Under the pieces are notes generated by a model that was not told where the DNA came from, searched no databases, and was given only the letters and a program-made list of their open reading frames with translations. The position numbers and the translations under genes were made by a program. This document shows positions 13,793 through 25,353 of a stretch of 64,000 nt of DNA, in pieces. This DNA comes from Perna viridis (taxonomy: Eukaryota): NCBI GenBank assembly GCA_037379345.1, contig CM074513.1:26102001-26166000 (forward strand). Direction: 5' to 3'. Position 1 is the first letter of the stretch; each line of letters begins with the position of its first letter.

Positions 13793-14186
13793 TTTTTAGA
13801 CCTGCACTCAATGAGTGGGTGGTAAATTTGAATCACCTTGTCTGTCCATCTGTTGTACTGTCCAAATTTTAATTGCTCTTAATGGGTGATTCAATTTAAA
13901 ATTTGGTATGTAGCTTAGTATAGACAGGGCACATATTGGAAGCGATTTCTGGTAATTGTCTGATATCAGCTTCCGGTTTTGAATTTTGCCACAAACATTT
14001 CAGCTCCTACCACATGGATTGATTTTCATATTTGGTGTGCAGCTTTATATAGATATGGCATATTGTGTACACAGTTTTGGTTGCTGTTCAATATCAACTT
14101 CCTGTTTCATGGAACTTTGCTATTTTTCACTGTATGGAACAAGTGGGTGTATACCTAGCAGGACAAAGTGTGCAACTTCATATTGT
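13793..14186 (+). mobile_element. Degenerate HINE-like repeat (related remnant at about 10590-10810)
   Basis: Shares GAATCACC..TCT.TCCATCTG, GATTGATTT(T)CATATTTGGT and GGGTGTAT.C.TAGCA motifs with 10590-10810. Boundaries approximate. Confidence 0.5.
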
Positions 14187-16783
14187 AAAGTTACTATTCT
14201 ATCTACATTTCTTTAAAGTATTGTTTTCTGTTCTTGTTATTTCACATTTTATATCTGTTTCAGTGTTCTAGGATTCTACTTTCCCTTCACCAAGGGCAAA
14301 TGCAATTTTGGTGTGGGAAAGTTGATTATTATGTCCCACTTTACATTTGACAAGTAGAAAGCTTGAAAATATTTGAAAGGATTTGTTAAGTTTGGAAAGC
14401 AAACTTCAAGTGTGGGAGAGTTAATCTTCATTTAAAGTTATCCCATGGAAGTGTAGAATACTGTGTTGAGCTGTTTACTTTAGAACATTGTACCTTTTCT
14501 ACAGATTGTCATTAAATCAACATGGTATAACAAGTACATGTAGAAACATATTAAAAGAAATGTTTGTTTTTTGAAGATTTTATTAACATCAAACCTATAC
14601 AATAACAAACCACACTGACATGAGTTAAGCCAACAGACAAATGGTTTTCAATTCATGAAAAATAAATTATCAAGCAATATATTACAACATTATTCTATCT
14701 AGAGTCATTGACAAAGGTTTATTTTAAGAAACTTTATTTGATTTGAAGTCTGTATAAAAATAACTAATTATTTTTCCTGCACTTTATTTTATTATTCAAA
14801 TTCTCAAATTTAAATCATTATACTGTTTGATTATATGTTCAATGTAGGTGACCTTAGATTTAGACCTTAGAAAGTCAGCCATGATATTCTGTTCACCTAA
14901 TTGGAATATAAATTACAAATTTGTATGGTATATATATATAGGCTATTACATTGTATCAAATGGATCAAGGCAGGTAAATGACTTTATATTCATCACAAGC
15001 TTTAGCCTGTGTTTAAAAATACCAATAATTTACCATGAAGGTCAGAGAAATCGGTTAATAATGAAAGAAATTTTTTCTTTAATTTCTTAAATTTCATTGA
15101 AATTTAAATCAAAGGTCAAATTCCTTCTAACTTTAGAGAGTAATGTTATAAAGCAAAACTTATATTTTTGACTAGGTTATAATCAGTCCTGTAGAGAGGA
15201 TAACATTCTTCTCACACGGGTCAGGAGATGCAAAATATTTAATCTCCTATCTTTTTATTGAAGTTCTGAATAAAAAATAATCATTTTGATGAATGAAATT
15301 AATTTTGTTAGCTGTGGAATATTTTTTATCAAATTGCAAGACATTGAAGAACTTATATGCAATTTACAGTAATTATTTGTGATAAATTACATAGTCAATC
15401 AATTATGTTGCTTTAGCTTAATTTGTTATGCAAATATGATTTTTTTTTTGCCTTGATAAAGTTTTCTCATATTATATCTGTCTATTGGTGAAGTTGATCA
15501 GTCAAGGTACATGAATGTGCATGAAGTAACTTTAGTTTTTTCTCAATTCACTCATTTTTTAAAATGATCTCTTCCAATAAAGACAATCATTTAAAGTTTT
15601 TATTTTTTATTGCCAAACTTGGATACTGAAATCTCAACACATTAATGGATACTGAAATGTTTGTTTTATTTCACTGCATCCTGATAAAATTTGATATATG
15701 TGGTTACAAAATTAAAATTTTTTTAAAGGCCTCATCCTCAGTGACATACCTGGTAATTCTTTTTTTACAAAAAAGAAAAAAAGATCCATGGCAATATACA
15801 TGTGCATGTGTTAAGTTATGAAAAGGTAGCAGTTAAATTTAAAGCAGTTCCTTAAAAATTACCATTCCACAATTATTTGTTTCACAAGAATGTATACAAA
15901 AACAATTACCGTAAATTCACCATATATTCAGTTAGTTTAACACCATTACATTTATTTAGGTAAATAGTAATTTTGTCTCCTTATATATTGTATCAAACCA
16001 ATCATCATAAGAAGTTATCATAGAAAATTTGTGATACACAGCAGAATATGATACAAGCAACTCGCACAGAATTGTATCCAAATAAATTTTTCTGTTTGTT
16101 TTTGACTTGATAGATATGCACATGACATAAAGAAGCATACTAAAATTATTACAATACATATATCCTTAAATAAAGCTTTAAAGTTTAAAATACTGTGTGA
16201 GATAGATGCAATATTAAGAAAGAAAAGTATATGCTTATCATTTGTGTGGATACAAGATAGGGGTTTAATTACATGGAGAAATTGGTTTACAATAATCTCA
16301 CTAAAATCACTATGATAAGTTAGCTTTGAATCAAACCTAAAACAATATCAGATAATATGACTGTTGGATTTTAGTTAGATTATTGTTCTCCTTGTAAATA
16401 GTTCAGAGATTCTAAAGAATCACAAAGTTTATTTTGGTCTACTGGTAAATTATGTTGGATTTTGCTATGATGCTTAGCCAGACCAATAATCTTTTGTTGA
16501 TTAATAGCAAATTCATTGATTAGTAATTAAGTTTTTCTAATAGTCAAGGGTAACAAATCATACACATTAAGGTTTTAAAAATTATCATCACACTGAACCT
16601 TTACCAGTAATGCAAAGCTCTGATACTGCCATTCAAGTGTTAAGGTTTCTAGGACACTTCAAAGCAAGGGGGTTTTCTTGATTTTGAAACAATGAACTTG
16701 TACCCTCATAAATCCTGCAAACAATGTGACTGCTTGAATTAAACAGTAAACAAAATTGTAAAGGATTCGGTTACTACTTATAT

Positions 16784-16940
16784 CAGGGATAAAAATTGGT
16801 GGTAGCCCAGTCACCATGGCTATTTCTGATCTTGAGATGGGCTACCAAACTTTTGGATACAGTTTAGTTGAAAATATGGCAAGTATTAAACAGAAATGTT
16901 ATCTGGGCTACCAGCTTGAAATTTCCGAGTTTTACTCCTG
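16784..16940. mobile_element. Short hAT-like MITE remnant
   Basis: CAGGGATAAAAAT...GTTTTACTCCTG termini and internal inverted GGTAGCCCAG / CTGGGCTACC; TSD not preserved. Confidence 0.45.
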
Positions 16941-19039
16941 TATATTCAACAAATTTTAGAAATATCTACATGTATAAAAAAACAAGGGCAAAACAAAGCA
17001 TGGCATCCCATAGGTAATATCTAGACACAATGTGAACTTGACCTTTGACCTACTAAATCTAAAGGGTTCTAAATATGATTTTAGCATGTTCATAAGATGG
17101 ATTGATGGATAGGTAGACAGTACCGTTACTATATCCTTTGGTAAATATGTTGACAGGAGGTAAAAAATGTGGAACCTGAGCCACAACAGACAATAAGCAC
17201 TCAACATGAAACACAAAAAGTCACAGGTTCAGCGTAGCAATAGAATAAATATAATGAAAAAAACATTTGTATATATAAAATATTAATCTCTATAAAAGCA
17301 TAGAAAAATAAATAATGGAAATTCACTTAAACATAAGGTAGCACTTTGTCAAGATTATTATCTGTAATGGAAATATACATAAACACACAATAAAAACAAC
17401 ACTGAAGCATTTTGATAAACTGAAGTATTTACAGATCAGTTTAAGAAAACAGTGGACTTTTTTTCAAATATGTGATTGCTAACTATTCTAAAAATGATGA
17501 AAAAATGTAGAGTTATCTTCTGTTTTCTAATAATTTACAAATCAGACTATTTTCTTTCATAAAATTATGAATTATTTTTTTGCTACTTTATATTATTTTC
17601 TTGTCCAGTGGTTCCCCTATAAATGTGCTTGTGTCTTGTTAACTAAAAAAAAATCATTCATGTACAAGGCTTACAGCGTTATACTCCAAACACTTACTCT
17701 TGGAATACCAGTCTTAAGTACTCAAAACACATCAATAGCTGGAAAACTGAATGAGTAATAAAGAGCTTAGAATATCTATTTCGTGAATTAAAGAGAAATT
17801 GTGTTAAACTGAGTAGAAGGAACATTCAGGCGCATTCAAATTTCTACTCCATTACAAACATCTCTATGCAGCCAATTTCTTTAAAGTCTGTTTTACATTC
17901 TCAAAAAAGGATTTGCTGCATATGGTTAGAAAAATTAAATTAGCATTAATTGTTATAAGAACTACATATTTGGTCGTTACAAAAAAATAAATAATCTTAA
18001 TGTGTAATAATCTGTCCAAGCAAGTAAATGCCTTATTCAATGCCAACTAATGATAAGCATTTAGGTCTCTTTTAATTATTGGTACAAGAATGATTATAGG
18101 AGATCTGCTCACTTGAAAAGAAAATAGTTCATTTTTAAGGAAAAGCAAGTTCCACATTATGATGAAAAACATTTTAGTATGTAGAGACAATTGTCAACTA
18201 TTTTATTTAGAAATGGACAAGGAACAATGAAATAAAAGACTGACCCAGTAAAACCTGGCAGATCCTATTATATCAGTGGCACAGAGTAAATTTTATCCCA
18301 CCATTTTTGTTCTAGTGAAATGTTATACTTATTATGGTGTCAGAGAAAACAGGAAATGTTTTGATCAAAGTGGACAACTCAGATTATATGTTCAAGTCTC
18401 CTAACAAATTAACTAAATTATGAACACATCAAAGAGTCATTTCCCTTTATTTCAAAGTTTCTTGTGCTTTCTTTTTAATAATTCATTCTTGCCATTTGAG
18501 TAAATTACAAACCAACGTTCATTTCTTAGAAAACATGAGTTTTTGATCACTAATAGAGGAAAATGTTTTGGAAAGCAAATTTGGTATGTGCCACCCCCTG
18601 CCTGTCTTCCATGGACACCTAATTTTAATTTCTTGATAATAATAATAACAAGCGTTCTGAGAGTGTCGCAAAATAAAACAATACATAGTCCCCTACTGGC
18701 TGTTTATATCACTGACCCAAATACAACCTCGAATCATCAAGTATAAATGACAAACTGAGGAAATGACCTTGATTTTGAACAGAAGAAATGATATGGACAA
18801 AGACAAGAAAGATGTTCAAATCAATTTAACAGATACAGATTTGCCAAGTTTTATGCATCAACAATTGAACAAATTACGTTTCAATTTTATACCAATCTGT
18901 ATGAATGATAATTGTCCAGATAAGGTTTCAAATTCCATACTAATCTAAATGAATAAATTACCTGATCTTTTGTTATATTAACATATTGTTACATTGAGAT
19001 ATGTTAACAGGTTTTCTTTAGAAAAAAGCATATAAAACT

Positions 19040-19425
19040 GAAAGTTGGTAACTTTGGAAAAAATCATCAAGTGGAACAAAATGTAAACTTGATCTGTGCC
19101 TTTTCAAGGTAGACTCATATACCAAAAATCAACTCAATATCTGCAAGCATTTAGAAAAAAAAATCAGAAAACTTAAATTTTGGTGAAATTTTCAAAGTTC
19201 AAGGGCCATAACTCAGACAAAAATCAGTGAAGAGGAACGAAACATAATCTTGATCTGTAACTCACCAATTTTGACTCATATACCAAAAATCAGCTGAATA
19301 TCTGCAAGCATTTAGAAAAAAAAGTATGGAAAACTTCAGTTTTTTTCCAGACTGAAAGGCAGACGGAAGGATGGACAGAGTGCAATGTAAAATCTTATTT
19401 GTCTAAAGCCGGTATGGGGACTAAT
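19040..19425 (-). mobile_element. HINE-like element with two about 161-bp internal tandem repeats
   Basis: GACTCATATACCAAAAATCA.CT.AATATCTGCAAGCATTTAGAAAAAAA at 19112 and 19273; GACGGA/GGAC microsatellite-like end followed by GGGGACTAATAA. Confidence 0.65.
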
Positions 19426-20042
19426 AATCTTAATTTTGGGATGCCTTATGGACAATGTCAAACAACACTACTCTTCTGTGACATCAAGCAAAGCTCCAAG
19501 TCACTTCCTAAGAATGAAGGCATTTGTCAATTAAAATGTATCCAAGTGTTTTTTTTTAAAACATTAGAATAACAACCAGCTTCTCTTCTTTTGTTGATTA
19601 TCCTCACATTGGCTATGACTTCTCTGTGGTGATTCTGTTCTCTGAAAGTATATCCACATTTCAATGTTTTATGCTTCTTTCATTTCTTAAATTCAGTAAA
19701 TAAATTGAAAATGCCATTTTAAAAAGTTAATTTCTTAAAATCATGCCTAAAACATTTTTTCCTAAATGAAGTCTAAAAGCCTTATGTCCCTCTATGTCAC
19801 ATAAATTTCTTTTTCAAAATCAATTGTTTAATTAGGATGGATTGAAAAGCAGCTTCATTTCTGGTGTTTTATGCAATAAGTACTAGTGCATGCATAGAAA
19901 CATGCACCCCACCATGTGAATGTAGACTATCTTGAATCTAAATTGATGTTTATTGATTTGGTTTCTGTCTTAGGATGTCAATGTAGAAACTGATATTGAT
20001 TGAAACTTTTTTCTGGTAAGTTAGAACAAATACACGCAAGAT

Positions 20043-20262
20043 CGGGGGCGGATCCAGAAGTTTAGATTAAAATTTCACTGAGTGGAGCGAGGCGAAAAAT
20101 GAGTGGGTGCAATGTAGATCAATGTAGATGTCTTTTGTGGTAAAATTAGCAAGAAATTAAAGTTTCAACCTAAACCGCCTAAATTTACCCCTGACAACCC
20201 ATGCTTTGCCAATTTTTTGGGGGGATGCATGCCCGTCACGCCCCCGCCTGAATTCGACCCTT
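20043..20262. mobile_element. GC-rich hAT-like MITE (CAGGGGCGGATCCAG-type ends)
   Basis: Left CGGGGGCGGATCCAG, right CTGAATTCGACCCTT; near-perfect 8-bp TSD CGCAAGAT (20035-20042) / TGCAAGAT (20263-20270). Confidence 0.7.
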
Positions 20263-22701
20263 TGCAAGATAATTTTTTTAGTTTTTTTTGTTTTGTTTTG
20301 GGTTTAAATTTTCTGTTGTGAAAACTACTTGTAATCTAATTCTGTTCATACAATTTTTTCATCATCAATACACATCATTTATCAGAATTTTTGGATATTG
20401 TTTGATTTTTCAACTGTTTTTACATGGATTTTTTTTGGTCACCACACATCAGTCCCTCTATCTATAATGCATGCATCACAAATAGTCGTTTTTCATATTT
20501 ATGGAATGCAAGCCATTTTAGCAAGTTTTTGAATGGGACATAACCCACCAAAACCCGACAACCTGGATGGCGGTCTCATTGCTGAAATGGAAAACAGTAA
20601 AGATTTTTCTTGGAAACTTAAACTATTTTCACTTCCGTAAGGACCTGAATAGTTTGAAATAAATTATTTAAAAGTATCCAAGTACTAACCGCAACTCTGA
20701 TAAATGGAATGGTTGAATTTTAGTATATTGAATTTGAAGTCTACTGTTGTCCATATTTGACAGTAAACCAATCTATCGGATGACAAATTAATAGAAAGTT
20801 ATTCCCCTTCAAATCTTAAAAACACAGCCAAAGTCCGGAATATGAAAAAGGACTAATGCACAGACAGTACTGATAAGCCACATCTTATGCTTAAAAAAAA
20901 CACAGGTCAGTTTCTCTTTCAAATGTAAGATTTTGTTCTTACAAAAGTTCATATATTCAACAGATAGTTATTACTTTTTGTTGACTGTCTGTAATGTAAT
21001 TTTGGTTTTTGTTTATTAATGCATCATTTTTTGTCCTTGCCTTTTATAAAAGTGGAAGGCTATAAAATGGGTCTCCAGTATATAATTGTTTCCTGCCACT
21101 TTGCTTTAGTTGGCCAAATGGATTTGAAAATTTATTGACAAGGTTCACAGTTAATAATTTTGCAGTCAGTAGGTCAAGGATACTGTAACTAGAAATGATT
21201 TATGAAGGAAGGAGACCTTGAGCATGAGTTTTTTATATTGTTTCCTATTATGTCTTTTCTCTGTATAGTCATAGTCACTACTCTTGTTTAGTCCATTTGC
21301 AGAAAAAATCAATTGTTTTTCCTCTTTACTTTTTCTTTAATTTATTCAAAACTCATTGTTTTCCATTCCTAATTCCCTCGTTTCTTACTCTAAAATTATT
21401 TTACCAGATCATCTTGAACATAAAGTAGCACATATTGTTATGCTAAGTTTAATCCATCTTGTATGGGAAGTTTATATATCAGAAGGGAGCTTTGGATAAT
21501 TAAATATTTTGCCTGGAATTGTAATAATACCAGCTATTGTTGTTTAAATTTTTAAGTTTGTCACATGGACAGTATATTTTAAAAATACCTAGCAAACATG
21601 CTGGGACTTGTGCCATTAGTAAGATTTTTGTTTGTCTGGTCATGCCATCTTCCAGCTGTTTTCGAACCATTTGGCAGAATGTATATGTCTTGCTTAGTTT
21701 TGTCTTCTGTTTCCATACAACACATGCACAAATTGCATAAAGATTCTTTTAAATGAAGGTACTCTTTTAGTGATATGGCCTTTTTGGGCCATTACCCTAA
21801 AATCAATCCGAATTTTTTTTTTTTTAAGTTGATCAACTAATACACAACTTGTTCCACAACAATGACCACCACCATACCATTATACAACCTAAACAGGCCT
21901 TTCTGTTGTAAAACTGTAGCTTGGTAGGTTGATTCTAACTCTAAATTGAATAGAAACACCTTTAATAAACATTAAATTTGTTCCATGTCTGCTTTGATTG
22001 TTTTATATTACATTCTATTCATTTCATTCAGTTGCAATTAATAATAGGTTGTGTTTTGGGAACATTGCATACCAACATGCTGGGACTCGTGCCATTAGTA
22101 AGATTTTTCTTTGTCAGGTCATGCAATGGACAAAAAAAACATGCTTAGTTAAGTACAATTTGTTTATTTGTTTACATTTTTACTGAAAAATATGCTATGT
22201 GCATAATGCAATTACATATTTTAACTTCATAACAATATCAAACTGTAAATTTGAATGTCATACATTTTCATGATTTCTATAACTATTTCAAAACAATAAC
22301 TACTGGTACACAAATTTTGTATCTATAGGACTGAATGTATTCTAAAAACAGCAGCACTAAGACTATTTAAGTGATGGGAGTTTATATTTTTTGAGTAAAA
22401 TCAATCAATGTATTATGTATATATTTTATGTAACAGCATATTCCTAAGTATTTCAATCAATATGCTTTCCTTGATAAAGACAAAATACTTATTGCTTTTT
22501 GTTCATCGATTTCTCATGGTTAACATCTCAGAACCACTTCACCATTAATACCTATTTATTTGAACCTCTGCCTTTAACTAAAAATAGCTAAAACTGCAGT
22601 CATGAGTTGTCTCCCTTTACTTTACAATTTGGGGAATTTTATTGAAATAAAACTTACCACGAAAGAAAACAAGTTATAATGCAAATAAGTTTTTATTTTA
22701 A

Positions 22702-22914
22702 GGAGGTAGACCTAGGGTAAGGGACATAACTCTTACAAATCATTGGAACATTTGTATTTACCAGTTTTACATCAATCTCATGAAAGCATCGAAGTAATCT
22801 GGACTGATTTCATTCTGTTTCGAATGAAAGCTTGATATGCTTTAGTAAAATTGAATATGATACAAACATATCACTGATTTCAAGATTTATGTCCCTTACC
22901 CTAGGTCTACCTCC
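22702..22914. mobile_element. Kolobok-like MITE, copy 2 (213 bp, inverted relative to copy 1)
   Basis: TIRs GGAGGTAGACCTAGGGTAAGGGACATAA / TTATGTCCCTTACCCTAGGTCTACCTCC; TTAA at 22698-22701 and 22915-22918; interior is a diverged reverse complement of 8604-8815. Confidence 0.88.
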
Positions 22915-24658
22915 TTAAACTAGGAAAACTGTGAGCATAGCTCACAAAAGGATTACCTCATTCCCAGTAACCATATTGTCAAAATATAAATAAAGTTGTT
23001 TCACAGGAAGTTTATGTCACTTCAGTACAAAATCAAATCCAATGAGCTATGGACACACAAATGGATGGACACCATGATCACTAAATACACTCAGCAAACT
23101 AGGGGTATGAAGACAAAAAGAAAATGAACTCCTTATCTATCTTTTTGTAAGTAAACTGCTGGGTAATTACGGAAAATAATTGTAACTAATACTACCTAAA
23201 CTAAAATTAATATTAAAAAAATACAAGATATTTAAACATAAATGACAGTACACAACAGGGTAGAAATTACACAAAATTTATATAATTGATCTTTGCCAGG
23301 TTTTGCATGACTGAAAGCAGTTTGTCACATGATAAGATGTTAATGGAATGAACTTATTCACTGTATACATGATGTCCAAAATATAACTCTCAAAATGATT
23401 TACTTGTATAACTCTATCAAGAAAACACCAATTTTTTCTATGTCTTTTTGCCAATAAGGCAAAAAAAATAAATGACTTCACTTTATACTGATTCAGAAGT
23501 TGCATATAAAAAAAATTATGCTAATATCTAATCCACACAAGTCTGAACTAAAAAAAAATGATTTCAATTTTAAACCAGTATTATCCTGGCAATGAGAGTT
23601 GAAATAAATAATAGTATAAGGACTTAGTAAGTCCTTTCGTAAAAGACAAAGGTCTACTTACCAATGAGGGTTTAAATAAATAAAAAAAATATTTAGTAAG
23701 TCCTTTGGTAAAAGACAAAGGTGTACTTGCCAGAACTCCAAAAAAATAAAATAATAGCAGAGAAAATAAATCTTCATACGTAATTAAGTAATTTGCCCTA
23801 TTGACACAAGAACTGTGCTACTGAATAAGGGGCTAAATTTACAAAGTAATAAATTCTGAGAAAATACTGTTCAATACATTAACACAGAAAGTCATCATGA
23901 CCTAAGATAACAAGTCCTAACATTGTGTACTATCTTTGGTGATCGCTCTTGTCAGCAAAATCATACCATGTTTTAGATTCTACTATTTTGAATAAAAGAG
24001 AAGATCAAATTGTATATTAAACTTGTAAATAGGGAAAAATATTAGAATTATAAAAAAGGATTAAAGCTGAGACAAGTAATAAAAGCAAAATACCGATCTA
24101 ATTTGGTAAACGAAAACCTCTCCATTGGTCATGAATTTACATTTCCCAAACCATGAGCACATAACAGATCCTTTCATGTTAACTGTATGGTAATTGATGA
24201 ATATGCTTAATACAAATTTCCACAAGGAAAACTCTTTTGTTCTTCCCTAAACCCTACCTTGTGGAAGTATGGTATATACCATATATACTGGTACTCATCA
24301 ACTACCTCATAGTTAACACAAAAAGGTTTAGATTTCTAGATTGCTTATGCCATGTATATTTCACAGCTAAGTTTGAATGATTTACCATAACAACTGAGAT
24401 CAAAAGGGTTACACAGATAAATCAGATTTAAAAAGAAATAGTATCAAGTATACATGTACTTGTTTCCATGGCAATGACACCATATCAAGGATTTCTTTAC
24501 TTTATTGCACTCTATAAGATATTCTAATATGACTTGTGTCAAAGCTCTTTAGATCACAGCCATGGTAAAAAAAGTGATGAACACATGGCCAACATTTCCT
24601 GCACCATATAAGCTGTATCTATTCAAAAATATGAAAAAAACTGGTCTTATTAGAATCG

Positions 24659-24792
24659 AAATAAATCATGAAAACTCCATTTTATAATTGTTTTACCACA
24701 GGCTGGCCATTTACGTCATTATTTAAAACAATGCAACATAAATGGCCACCTATGGTAAAACAATGATAAAATGGAATTTCTATGATTTATTT
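24659..24792. repeat. Foldback hairpin / palindromic MITE (about 55-bp arms)
   Basis: AAATAAATCATGAAAACTCCATTTTATAATTGTTTTACCACAGGCTGGCCATTTA pairs with TAAATGGCCACCTATGGTAAAACAATGATAAAATGGAATTTCTATGATTTATTT. Confidence 0.8.
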
Positions 24793-25353
24793 GTTAAATA
24801 ACCAATTACAAACTTTTAGTAAGCAAAATATCCTAGAAAGAATATATATTTTGCTTGGAACACTGTTATCTAATGAAACTCCATATGTAACAAGACAGGA
24901 CAGAATTACACAAAAATTTGTAGGTGTAAAATTCATCAGATGTGAAGATGTCAGAATACTATAATTTTCTAATATAACATTATAACTTGCAAACAAATTT
25001 AGACATAAAACTTTCAGTGAAACTGAATACAAAATCCCCGAACTGTATCTTTTTATATACAGAAAGATGCTCACATCATTACCAACTAAAATAACCATAT
25101 TACCAGTAATTTTTCATACAGTAGTACACATTTTTTATGATAATATTAGCTAACAAATAAATATAATGTGTTTGAATGTCAAAAAAGCAGGAAACAATGC
25201 AACTGATCAATGCCATTAACAGAAAACATGGGGTAACATTTTCAAAATTGGAATGTTAAAAAATATGCAAGGAAAGATCCATTCTAAAAAAATGCTCTGA
25301 TCTGATTCTAACAGTAACTATGACTACTGGTAGCCATGGAAACGTCATGCAGG

